The notes under the pieces were generated by a model, which saw only the letters and a list, made by a program, of their open reading frames with translations, had not been told where the DNA came from and did no database searches. DNA of 64,000 nt from a virus. Of this stretch, positions 8,795-17,374 are shown one piece after another. Numbering within the stretch: the first letter of the stretch is position 1; each line of letters opens with the position of its first letter. The stretch is taken from the IMG/VR virus record IMGVR_UViG_3300025141_000048. One strand, written 5' to 3'. The translations under genes and the position numbers were made by a program.

Positions 8795-9873
8795 TGGCTA
8801 AACTGACTTATCAACAATTGCATAGCAAGGCATCCAGTCTGCGACGGGCGTATGCAGCAAGTAGTTTATCTAAACGTGATATCAAGGCTATAGAAAAGGG
8901 CATACCGGGTTGGAAGTGGGATTTAGAAGATCCGGAAGACCATGCTCTTGATATGACAGGGAAAGTAGCTGAATTCTATCACAAATACGGGAAATATCCG
9001 TCTCATGGTTCTAAAGATCCTAAAGGAAAGAAACTTGGCACATGGTTAAAGACACAAAGACGATCCAAGGCGGATAAAGGATATGGTATTTTCTATCCTT
9101 CATGTGAAAGGTTGGCTAAACAACTCGGATGTCCTGATATGTTTGAACAAGTTGGGACTAAAGATGTCAGAGAATTATATGCCCTTAAAATGACAAGAAA
9201 ATCATGCGAGTTTTATCACAGACATGGGAAATATCCTAGCCACGTAAGCAGAGATCCGGAGGTGAAAAAACTCGGAAGATGGATGCATCAACGTAGACAA
9301 GCAAAAAAAGGGAAAGGGACGGGATCCTTACATCATTCAAGTTCGTGTGAAAATTTGGCTAAGGAGCTTGGCTGTGCCGGTATATTTGACAATATTGATT
9401 TGGAAGCTAAATCTCTTGAGATGACAAGAAAAATATCTGAGTTCTATCACAAACATGGAAGATATCCGTCTGGAAAATCTAAAGATCCTGAAGAAAAGAA
9501 ACTTGGACAATGGTTAGGGCAGTATAGGAATGCTAAACAGGGTAAGGGGCATCGTATTTTCTATCCTTCATGTGAAAAGTTGGCCAAACAACTCGGATGC
9601 TCCGACATGTTTGCACTTTCACGAACCTCAGAAGCAAGAGAATCTCATGCTCTTGAGATGACAAGAAAATCATGCGAGTTTTATCACAGACATGGGAAAT
9701 ATCCGTCTAACAAATCTAAAGATCCTGAAGAAAAAAAGCTTGGAGGATGGTTGAGTAATATGAGAAAAACCAAACAAGGTAAGGGGCATCATATTTTTTA
9801 TCCTTCATGTAAAAAGTTAGCTAAGAAACTCGGATGTCCCGATATGTTCAAACCCCAAAGGAGATCGTCATGA
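8794..9873 (+). CDS. Helicase-associated (HA)-like repeat protein, 4 repeats
   Basis: 4 x EFYHKHGKYPS..SKDPEEKKLG.W...R; N-terminus homologous to that of the preceding ORF. Confidence 0.75.
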   Translation: MAKLTYQQLHSKASSLRRAYAASSLSKRDIKAIEKGIPGWKWDLEDPEDHALDMTGKVAEFYHKYGKYPSHGSKDPKGKKLGTWLKTQRRSKADKGYGIFYPSCERLAKQLGCPDMFEQVGTKDVRELYALKMTRKSCEFYHRHGKYPSHVSRDPEVKKLGRWMHQRRQAKKGKGTGSLHHSSSCENLAKELGCAGIFDNIDLEAKSLEMTRKISEFYHKHGRYPSGKSKDPEEKKLGQWLGQYRNAKQGKGHRIFYPSCEKLAKQLGCSDMFALSRTSEARESHALEMTRKSCEFYHRHGKYPSNKSKDPEEKKLGGWLSNMRKTKQGKGHHIFYPSCKKLAKKLGCPDMFKPQRRSS

Positions 9874-10013
9874 CAACGCAAGCTGCACTCAAGGCATGGG
9901 AAACTCGTCGCCAAAACCAGGCCAAACGAAGCGAAGCCGCTAAGAAGGCGTGGAAGACAAGGAAGGCTAGGGCCAGAGCCCGCAAGGCGTGGGAAACAAG
10001 AAGAGCCGCCTAA
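9870..10013 (+). CDS. 47 aa basic peptide with 3 x KAW(E/K)TR repeat (below ORF-track cutoff)
   Basis: MTTQAALKAWETRRQNQAKRSEAAKKAWKTRKARARARKAWETRRAA; SD AAGGAG; ATGA overlap. Confidence 0.6.
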   Translation: MTTQAALKAWETRRQNQAKRSEAAKKAWKTRKARARARKAWETRRAA

Positions 10014-10087
10014 ATTCCCAGGAGGAGATATCCGATAGTCTTCGTAAGTGAATGTGCGAAGACCGGATACCAACTGTACAATAAAGT

Positions 10088-10137
10088 AATCCTCGTCGGC
10101 ACCGGTCTTCGCAAACCTGCTGGCGGGGATTCTTTTT
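10088..10137 (+). terminator. Intrinsic terminator-like hairpin upstream of LAGLIDADG-rtcB
   Basis: AATCCTCGTCGGC/GCTGGCGGGGATT 13 bp with G-U pairs, then CTTTTT. Confidence 0.55.
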
Positions 10138-10148
10138 AGGTTGCGAAG

Positions 10149-10835
10149 ATGGCGAGATTTAACGAACACTTCTTTGACAAAATAGACAATGAACTAAAGG
10201 CATATTGGTTAGGGTTTATATGGGCAGACGGTTCTATCACTTGCAATAATGGCACTTATTCATTTGCCATACATTTACAAGACAGAGATCATTATCATCT
10301 TGATATCTTGGATAGAGATTTATCTTATGAAGGCAGCCGTAACGGAGGTAAGTATTCGTGGTTCTCTAAATATATGATTGGAAGAATAATGCATTTGGGT
10401 CTCGTGCCAGATAAAAGTCATAACGAAGTTTCAATTCCACGCATGCCTAAGCGTCTTATTCATCATTTTTGGCGAGGAGTTTTTGATGGGGACGGCATGA
10501 TAACCACAAGATCTAAAAAATGTCTTGATGATTTTAGATTCTCAATTTGTGGTACTCACACTACTGTGACGTCATTCAGCGAATGGATGTTGAAGTTTGG
10601 TATCAAAAAACAAAAGATTGCTAAAGCAAAAAATCAATATGGCGAAACACATGCATGGAAATTTGAGGTGGGAGGAAATCGACAAGTAGCAGCATTAATG
10701 AGTCAGTTATACCATCGATCTACTCGATATCTTCTTCGTAAATATAAGATTGCTTGCGAATTGCATACAATAAACGGTGAAATAAGCCCCTCTTTTAAGC
10801 GTAAGTATATTGACAAACCATTCAAAATACGGTAG
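10149..10835 (+). CDS. Free-standing two-motif LAGLIDADG homing endonuclease
   Basis: AYWLGFIWADGSI and FWRGVFDGDGMI; C-terminal LLRKY. Confidence 0.9.
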   Translation: MARFNEHFFDKIDNELKAYWLGFIWADGSITCNNGTYSFAIHLQDRDHYHLDILDRDLSYEGSRNGGKYSWFSKYMIGRIMHLGLVPDKSHNEVSIPRMPKRLIHHFWRGVFDGDGMITTRSKKCLDDFRFSICGTHTTVTSFSEWMLKFGIKKQKIAKAKNQYGETHAWKFEVGGNRQVAALMSQLYHRSTRYLLRKYKIACELHTINGEISPSFKRKYIDKPFKIR

Positions 10836-10846
10836 CATAACAACCT

Positions 10847-12265
10847 ATGAATGGGAACGATATTATTTCTCTCGGATTCGGGCCGGGACCGGTCGTAGGT
10901 ATCGCCCTGTCCGCTGCCAATCTGTCTTCGGAGAGAGGCAGGCGAGATAAGGATATCAAGCTTACCTTGTCGGCTTTGAAAGAGAAGCCCAAGGACTTTC
11001 TGCATGATGAAATCTTTGGGGAGTTGGCTCAAGCTTTGGCTAAGCAAACTGTTGATGATGAAAAACTTAAGAAGATGCTTGAAGACACTAAGCCTAAACC
11101 TTTTAAGATCTGGGGCGAAGAGGGTATCGGTAATAACGCTATAGAACAGATGCATACAGCCATGCAACTTCCCTTTGCGGTTAAGGGGGCTTTGATGGCG
11201 GATTCACATCTTGGCTACGGTCTGCCAATCGGGGGAGTTATCGCTTGTGATAATGTTGTTGTACCTAATTTTGTCGGAGTTGATATCGCATGCCGGGTTA
11301 AGCTGACTATTCTCGACATGCCCGCAAAAGAACTGGCTGGCATGAAAGATAAGTTCAAGAATGCTTTGCTGAGAGAAACCAAATTCGGCAAGGGAGTTGA
11401 ATTCACAAGAAGCGGTCGTCATAATCACGGAGTTATGGATGACCCTCTTTGGGATAAGATTGAACTCCTTAGGAATGGGAAAAACAAGGCTCATAACCAA
11501 CTCGGGACCAGTGGAAGCGGGAATCATTTTGTCGATATCGGAACCATAAAAGTATTTGACGAAGAACTGGGAGAAGGCGAATATGTTGCCATTCTAAGCC
11601 ATAGTGGTAGTCGTGGCATTGGCCATAAGGTAGCTTCTCATTACCATAAGCTGGCTATCTCTTTGATGCCCAAACAGTTTAATCACATTGCAGCATTCCG
11701 TAACTTGGCATGGTTGAGTTTGGACACGGATGAAGGTCAAGAGTATTGGGAAGCCATGAACCTCATGGGACGCTATGCCTCTGCCAACCATGCTCTGATC
11801 CATGAAAGCATCATCCGAAACATCGGCGTCAATGCCATGTCAACGGTTGAGAACCATCATAATTATTCTTGGCTTGAAGAGCATGATGGTAAGGACTATA
11901 TCGTGCATCGTAAGGGAGCAACGCCTGCTGCTATTGGAGAAGTTGGGGTAATTCCTGGAACGATGGCTGACTCTTGCTTTGTTGTTAGGGGCAAGGGTAA
12001 CGCTGAATCTCTGTGTTCTTCTTCTCATGGGGCGGGACGCCAGATGTCTCGTACCGATGCAAAGAACAGCTTTACATGGAGCGAATGGAAGAGGGTTCTG
12101 GAAGAGAAGGGCATTGAGTTGATCTCTGCCGGATTGGATGAAGTGCCTGGAGCATACAAGGACATTCATGAGGTCATGGCAGCACAGGTCGATCTTGTCG
12201 ATCCTATTGCCGAATTTTCTCCTAAGATTGTTCGTATGGCAGATGATGGAACGGCGGAGGATTAA
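10847..12265 (+). CDS. rtcB: RtcB RNA-splicing/repair ligase
   Basis: ADSHLGYGLPIGG, GVDIACR, GSGNHF, NHHNY, HRKGAT, PGTM, SHGAGR, DEVPGAYK. Confidence 0.95.
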   Translation: MNGNDIISLGFGPGPVVGIALSAANLSSERGRRDKDIKLTLSALKEKPKDFLHDEIFGELAQALAKQTVDDEKLKKMLEDTKPKPFKIWGEEGIGNNAIEQMHTAMQLPFAVKGALMADSHLGYGLPIGGVIACDNVVVPNFVGVDIACRVKLTILDMPAKELAGMKDKFKNALLRETKFGKGVEFTRSGRHNHGVMDDPLWDKIELLRNGKNKAHNQLGTSGSGNHFVDIGTIKVFDEELGEGEYVAILSHSGSRGIGHKVASHYHKLAISLMPKQFNHIAAFRNLAWLSLDTDEGQEYWEAMNLMGRYASANHALIHESIIRNIGVNAMSTVENHHNYSWLEEHDGKDYIVHRKGATPAAIGEVGVIPGTMADSCFVVRGKGNAESLCSSSHGAGRQMSRTDAKNSFTWSEWKRVLEEKGIELISAGLDEVPGAYKDIHEVMAAQVDLVDPIAEFSPKIVRMADDGTAED

Positions 12266-12266
12266 T

Positions 12267-13142
12267 ATGGACGCACAACCGATCTTCTTGTTTGAAAAGG
12301 ATACCTTCGACGAAGGTAATCCTGAAAAGATGATGACCATAGCCCAAGACAAGGGGTGTGAAGCCTATTGGTTCGACTACGTTCCATTGGGTGGAGGTCT
12401 TGTTTTGCCCAAACAGGTACAAGACAAGCTGGAAAGTGAAGAGCGTATTTGCAGTGTATTCTATGGTACACTGAACATGACCAGATATGTCAAAGGATCG
12501 CAATTCATTCCTGGAGTATGGGAAGACGATCATGCTTTGTCTTGTTCAACTTACTACTCCCATTGGAGTAGACACATGCTCAATCAGAGGTATGGCATCT
12601 ACTCTATTGGCGAAATTGGCAACAAGAAGGATTGGTTGTTCTTTATGTTTGGGGACAAAACTAATAACCCCCAAGTTTTGATCAGACCCAATGCAAATAC
12701 AAAATCATTCCATGGTGGGTTGGTAACTTTCAACAAGTTCGAACAATGGTTCGAGACTGCACTGTTCTATGACAACGATCCGTCTCAATTGGCTGTTGTC
12801 GCTACGCCGTCTATTATCTATCAAGAATTCAGAGTTGTCATTTATGACGGCAAGGCTATCGCTTCCAGCGAGTACAAAAACCGAACCCCGTCAGTAGATC
12901 CTGTTACTCCTGATGTGGCTGCTGAAAAAGCGGAGAAGCTTATCAAGATTCATGAATGGCAGCCTGATCGTCTTTTTGTTCTTGATATCGCTAGGACTCC
13001 AGAAGTTGATGGTCTGTTTGCTGGATGGAAGATCATTGAATGCGGAAGCATCAATTGTTGTGGTTTGTATAAATGCGAATTGGAACCCATAGTAGATGCT
13101 ATGGCAGATTTGGCGGTACAAGATTTCAAAGGATATGAATAA
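12267..13142 (+). CDS. ATP-grasp domain protein (DUF4343/R2K-like)
   Basis: LIRP...KSFHG, EFRVVIYDGK, FVLDIA, KIIEC..INCCGLY. Confidence 0.7.
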   Translation: MDAQPIFLFEKDTFDEGNPEKMMTIAQDKGCEAYWFDYVPLGGGLVLPKQVQDKLESEERICSVFYGTLNMTRYVKGSQFIPGVWEDDHALSCSTYYSHWSRHMLNQRYGIYSIGEIGNKKDWLFFMFGDKTNNPQVLIRPNANTKSFHGGLVTFNKFEQWFETALFYDNDPSQLAVVATPSIIYQEFRVVIYDGKAIASSEYKNRTPSVDPVTPDVAAEKAEKLIKIHEWQPDRLFVLDIARTPEVDGLFAGWKIIECGSINCCGLYKCELEPIVDAMADLAVQDFKGYE

Positions 13143-13606
13143 TGAAACGTAGAGCTATTACCGCACTTATTCTCCTTGCCGTTGCCGTAGGCATATTCTA
13201 CTCATGCTATCATCTATGGAAGAGCCGAGCCAAACCTGGAGCCATTGCCACGCTTATTACCGGAAGTAACACGTACGCATCTGGCGTACGTTCTGGCTAT
13301 CTCCAGAAGTTTACGGACAAGGGTCTTACCGGCTATTGGGAAGCTGAGATCGTTCTCAAAGACATCGGTACTGCCTCCGAAAGCATAGGTAACGTTTGGG
13401 TTGTCAACGTTGACGAAAGCGAAGAGAAGCAAGAACTGCGTGACCAGATTAGATCTCTGGTTGGTCAGAACGTTCGCATTTTCTACGACGAGAAGAATAT
13501 TCGTGGAATTGATGCTTCGTCCAACTATTGGATTACCGGCGTCGAGATAGTCCCTCCGCTTTGGCATTACTATCCTCTCAACAATACAGCAGGAGCAGTA
13601 CAATGA
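13142..13606 (+). CDS. Membrane-anchored hypothetical protein
   Basis: N-terminal TM; YASGVRSGYLQKF...GYWEAE motif. Confidence 0.6.
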   Translation: MKRRAITALILLAVAVGIFYSCYHLWKSRAKPGAIATLITGSNTYASGVRSGYLQKFTDKGLTGYWEAEIVLKDIGTASESIGNVWVVNVDESEEKQELRDQIRSLVGQNVRIFYDEKNIRGIDASSNYWITGVEIVPPLWHYYPLNNTAGAVQ

Positions 13607-13863
13607 TGGTAGCATACGCTATCTTGGCTTTTGTTTTGGTAATGTTGTGGTTCCGATATGGTTGTCGGCTTGGTCTAAATACAGAACAGGTTGAGCACTT
13701 GTTCGGGACCTTACTTGCAGTTGCCTTGGTGTTTGCCATAGGGACAGGTCCTAACAAAGATCCTTTTACTATACTGATTGCCCGATTGCTTGTTATGGGG
13801 TACGCTATTATACCTGTTACTTGTTTAGTATTGGCGACAAAGAAACGAATAAAAGGCGAATAA
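13603..13863 (+). CDS. Small 3-TM membrane protein
   Basis: Hydrophobic helices; ATGA overlap; SD AGGAG. Confidence 0.55.
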   Translation: MMVAYAILAFVLVMLWFRYGCRLGLNTEQVEHLFGTLLAVALVFAIGTGPNKDPFTILIARLLVMGYAIIPVTCLVLATKKRIKGE

Positions 13864-13872
13864 TGAAGGGTC

Positions 13873-13900
13873 TTGACAGCACAAGCCGATATGGTATAAT
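13873..13900 (+). promoter_or_regulatory. Sigma-70 promoter for ssrA
   Basis: TTGACA-16-TATAAT with TG extension. Confidence 0.8.
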
Positions 13901-13933
13901 GGACGCATCCTTCGGGATCGCTCTTTGACAACA

Positions 13934-14316
13934 GGGGCCGCTTGGTATCGACTGGATAAGTTGAGTTGCTAAGCTGCATGCAGTGGTTGGTCGAACGGCC
14001 ACTTAAAAATTCGACTAAAAAACAAATGCCGACAATGGCATCGCTGGCAGCATCGGCCCACAGGCCGATCTCGCCCTGGCTGCTTAGATCAGCCAGCGTT
14101 TCAGGTCGCCCGCTCCTGCGGGGCGTCTGAGGCGAACGAATAGCAGGATCGTCCGTAGCTTGGAAGCCCATCCAATCTACAGGGTTAAATCTAAACGGGC
14201 TGGCAGGGCTTGAGGCTGTCTCTGGTCGCCTCCCTGTAAGATTAAAACAGAGGATAAGCATGTAGAGGCTGGTGGTTTGCTATCTCAGGACGAGAGTTCG
14301 AATCTCTCCGGCTCCA
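13934..14316 (+). ncRNA. ssrA: tmRNA; tag (A)ADNGIAGSIGPQADLALAA at 14028-14087
   Basis: 5' GGGGCCG pairs with 3' CGGCTCC-A (G3-U70), T-loop TTCGAAT, resume context AAAAAACAAAT-GCC, tag ends LALAA*. Confidence 0.92.
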
Positions 14317-14321
14317 TTAAC

Positions 14322-14355
14322 AGTACAAGTCCATGTATGGGCTTGTGCTTTTTTT
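14322..14355 (+). terminator. Intrinsic terminator after ssrA
   Basis: AGTACAAGTCCAT/ATGGGCTTGTGCT + T-tract. Confidence 0.85.
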
Positions 14356-14464
14356 ATTACTGAAAAAAGGAATGAAGACAGTATAATATGAATAGGATTG
14401 ACTTAAGATATCACCGATGTGATGTCTTGTTTTTAGGGTTCTCAGTCTAAACAAGGAGAAGAAA

Positions 14465-15346
14465 ATGAGAACGTTTTTGTGCCTTATGGCAATGTGTATG
14501 GCGATTCTTACTGTGGGGACAGTACACGCCGAAGAAGGGGGAGCCCCAGTTACAAACCTGGCGGCGATGATCGAAGATGTTGAGGTGTCGGTTGGAGTAG
14601 ACTATACCACTCAATACTTTGATCGAGGTATCCTTCAGGAAGACGAAGGATTGATCGTACAGCCTTGGGTCGAGGCTACGTTTCCATTGACAGACGAGTT
14701 CTTTGGATTCGATAACGTTAAACTTACTTTGGGTAATTGGAATAGCATCAATGATAACAACACCGGTGCTACCGATTCTCCTGATAACTGGTTTAAAAGC
14801 GACCTGTATATGCAGCTTGAAGCTGACATTGGTGATCGAATTGGCGTAGCAACTCGATATACCTACGAAACTAGCCCTAGCGATGCTTTCAGCGATCTCA
14901 ATGAGATTTCTGTTTCATCTTCGTACAATGATGCGAATCATTGGGGGGAAGATTTCGATGGTTTAAAGCCATACGTTTTGATTGCGTTTGAACTTGGAGA
15001 CAATGGTCTCGATGGTGGCAGAGAAGGCATCTACGGAGAACTGGGAATTAACCCGTCGTTCACGTTGGTCGAAAGCCTTCCTGTTGAACTGTCAATCCCC
15101 GTCACATTGGGATTGAACCTTGACGGGTACTACGAAGCTGGAGCCGTTGGTGGTGAAGACGTTTTTGGGTATTTGGACATTGGAGGCGAACTTAGTACTC
15201 CGTTGTCTTTCGTTCCCGGATCGGTCGGAGCATGGAAACTTCATGGCGGAATTCATTACCTGATTTTGGGTAATGACGCCGATGATTTCAACGGTGGCGA
15301 AGGCGATGAATGGATTGGAACTATTGGCGTTAGCGCCTCGTTCTGA
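14465..15346 (+). CDS. Outer-membrane beta-barrel protein (TorF/Gcw_chp-like porin)
   Basis: Signal peptide, DYTTQYFDRGILQ motif, alternating beta strands, C-terminal Phe. Confidence 0.7.
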   Translation: MRTFLCLMAMCMAILTVGTVHAEEGGAPVTNLAAMIEDVEVSVGVDYTTQYFDRGILQEDEGLIVQPWVEATFPLTDEFFGFDNVKLTLGNWNSINDNNTGATDSPDNWFKSDLYMQLEADIGDRIGVATRYTYETSPSDAFSDLNEISVSSSYNDANHWGEDFDGLKPYVLIAFELGDNGLDGGREGIYGELGINPSFTLVESLPVELSIPVTLGLNLDGYYEAGAVGGEDVFGYLDIGGELSTPLSFVPGSVGAWKLHGGIHYLILGNDADDFNGGEGDEWIGTIGVSASF

Positions 15347-15360
15347 TCTTAATGATAAAC

Positions 15361-15394
15361 ACTGCTGATCGGCTACCGCTGGTCAGCAGTTTTC
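15361..15394 (+). terminator. Intrinsic terminator
   Basis: ACTGCTGATCGGC/GCTGGTCAGCAGT + TTT. Confidence 0.75.
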
Positions 15395-15463
15395 GACAAG
15401 AAATAGTTTGAGAACCAGACGTTAGTCATTGATAGTCATGTCAAAGTAAGGTAGAATACTCTC

Positions 15464-16717
15464 ATGACTACTGACATCAAAAACATTGACGCCATATGGT
15501 CTAACTTTACATACGCACGATGGATGGAACGATATGTAAGTTATGACGCTTTCTTGTCACTTAAAGAGAGATACGCAGAACCGCATAGGTTCTATCATAA
15601 CGAAAATCATCTTGCCTATCTCTTCTCCAAAATTCTAGGCATCCAAGACTTGAAGTTGGCATTCGGGTCTGGTGGATATGGCTTGGTCTCATCCGATATG
15701 GTTAGCATCTTGGTTGCAGCCACCTTCTACCATGACGCTGTCTACGAAGTTGATTCTGTGACCGGCAGCAATGAGAGACATTCTGCTGACCTATGGATAA
15801 AAGACGTTAAGGCTCATGGCAAGTGCAATAATACTGAAGAGATTAGTGATGTATGGAAATGCATCCACGCAACTTCTGGTTGCCCTTCGGAAATGTCGAT
15901 TCCTAGTTTCAATGATTCGATTGACGAATGGGCGAAATGGTTTGCTGTTCTGGATTGGTCCATACTGGGATCTCCATTGCATGAGAAAATTCTTTATGAA
16001 GAAGCCATCAGGAAAGAATACGACCATGTAGACTACAGCGACTACATGAAAGGACGATTGGCATTCCTGAGCGAAGTCAGTAATGCAGATAATGGTTGGA
16101 ATGTTTCTGCGTTGATCGATTACGTTGAGCATCGAAAGATCAGTCTGGGCATTTATGCGGGTACGTTTTCCCCGTTCCATGTCGGTCATGCAGATGTTCT
16201 GCGTAAGGCTCAGAAACTGTTTGACAAAGTCATCGTTGCTATTGGTGTCAACCTGGAAAAGACGACTATACGTACGGAAGGAGTTGTTAATCAACTTCCT
16301 CATACATGCGTTAGGTCATTTGCAGGATTGCTGACTGAATTCATCCAAGAATACAAGAACGATGGGGTCTATTCCGGCATAACCGTTATCCGGGGTTTGA
16401 GAAACGCCAGTGATTATGCTTATGAAATGAACCAGTTCAGGGCCATGCAGGACTTTATGCCCGATTTGGAAATCGTGTTTATACCATGCTCCAAGGAACT
16501 TGAACATGTATCGTCTACGTTAGTAAGAACCATTGACCATTTCGCTCCATCTGAAGTGGATCGTTACATGGTCATTCCAGAGGGGAGATCTGGTAATGTT
16601 AGAGAAAAAGGTAGGTCAGAAGAACAACGGTGGGCCAACGAACAAGATCAAGAGGCCCTGGAAGGGTTGAAATCAATTTATGGCAAGAGATCCACAACGA
16701 ATTCCTCGTGTCCTTGA
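15464..16717 (+). CDS. coaD: HD-domain phosphohydrolase fused to phosphopantetheine adenylyltransferase
   Basis: YAEPHRFYHN and FYHDAVY (HD); YAGTFSPFHVGH, IRGLRNASDY.YE, VSSTLVR (CoaD). Confidence 0.8.
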   Translation: MTTDIKNIDAIWSNFTYARWMERYVSYDAFLSLKERYAEPHRFYHNENHLAYLFSKILGIQDLKLAFGSGGYGLVSSDMVSILVAATFYHDAVYEVDSVTGSNERHSADLWIKDVKAHGKCNNTEEISDVWKCIHATSGCPSEMSIPSFNDSIDEWAKWFAVLDWSILGSPLHEKILYEEAIRKEYDHVDYSDYMKGRLAFLSEVSNADNGWNVSALIDYVEHRKISLGIYAGTFSPFHVGHADVLRKAQKLFDKVIVAIGVNLEKTTIRTEGVVNQLPHTCVRSFAGLLTEFIQEYKNDGVYSGITVIRGLRNASDYAYEMNQFRAMQDFMPDLEIVFIPCSKELEHVSSTLVRTIDHFAPSEVDRYMVIPEGRSGNVREKGRSEEQRWANEQDQEALEGLKSIYGKRSTTNSSCP

Positions 16718-16877
16718 TCTGCTCGATCAGGTTTGGAGAAAACATCCTGACCAACGTTTGTGTCAATTAGTTGTCAATTTAACCAATCAGAATGACCCCT
16801 TTTATGTCGAAGACGATATCGTTGAACGTCTTTTGTTGGAAGCGATGGCTAAAGATGCCAAAGATGGGAAGACATAA
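16680..16877 (+). CDS. YihD/DUF1040-like small protein
   Basis: RDPQRIPRVLDLLDQVWRKHPDQRLCQL. Confidence 0.6.
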   Translation: MARDPQRIPRVLDLLDQVWRKHPDQRLCQLVVNLTNQNDPFYVEDDIVERLLLEAMAKDAKDGKT

Positions 16878-17136
16878 AAGCGTTGACCGCAACCTGCGAC
16901 AGTCAATTAGTTGGCTCAAGTCTTTGGATGGAGTATCCAAGGTAGTCCTGAATAGAACCGACAATTGTCGTCATAAATTCACTCCAGGTCATCTTAGGAT
17001 ACAGAAGGCAGACGATGCGGGTCTGCATATCAATGCATATGGCGGGAATGGAGTGGTTGTAGCCTTTGTTAGAATAAAGCCTATTGAAATGCTCGATGGG
17101 ATTAGAGATCAGATAGAAGCAAGATTTAAGGATTGA
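16864..17136 (+). CDS. DUF2103-like small protein
   Basis: MGRHKS...VSKVVL...CRHKFTPGHLRIQ...NAYGGNG. Confidence 0.5.
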   Translation: MGRHKSVDRNLRQSISWLKSLDGVSKVVLNRTDNCRHKFTPGHLRIQKADDAGLHINAYGGNGVVVAFVRIKPIEMLDGIRDQIEARFKD

Positions 17137-17139
17137 ACG

Positions 17140-17355
17140 ATGGCAAGAATGAAGACAAAAGACGAAAAGCGTAAGATGGCTTTCCCTTCCGACTACGGTT
17201 CCCATGCCTCTATGATCGATGAGTCTGAAACTGAGGATCTCAACGATCCTAAGAGGGTTGTCATTCGTGATAACCATGGAACGTATATCACTGATCGTAA
17301 GCGTCTGGATACCGGCATGGCTGACCCTAATCGTTACAGCAGCCTCAGGGTGTAG
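17140..17355 (+). CDS. Hypothetical protein
   Basis: ORF in a contiguous + strand operon. Confidence 0.5.
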   Translation: MARMKTKDEKRKMAFPSDYGSHASMIDESETEDLNDPKRVVIRDNHGTYITDRKRLDTGMADPNRYSSLRV

Positions 17356-17374
17356 CTCAAATTCCGATGGAAGA

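Noticed and set aside
10149-10835. LAGLIDADG as part of an intron or intein in rtcB
   Set aside because: It has its own start and stop, rtcB is intact downstream, and no splice-junction motifs were seen.
13578-14261. 227 aa minus-strand ORF
   Set aside because: Overlaps the tmRNA, which has much stronger support.
17347-17365. GGGTGTAGCTCAAATTCC as a tRNA fragment
   Set aside because: Only ~12 nt of resemblance, overlapping a stop codon, with no D stem or other arms.
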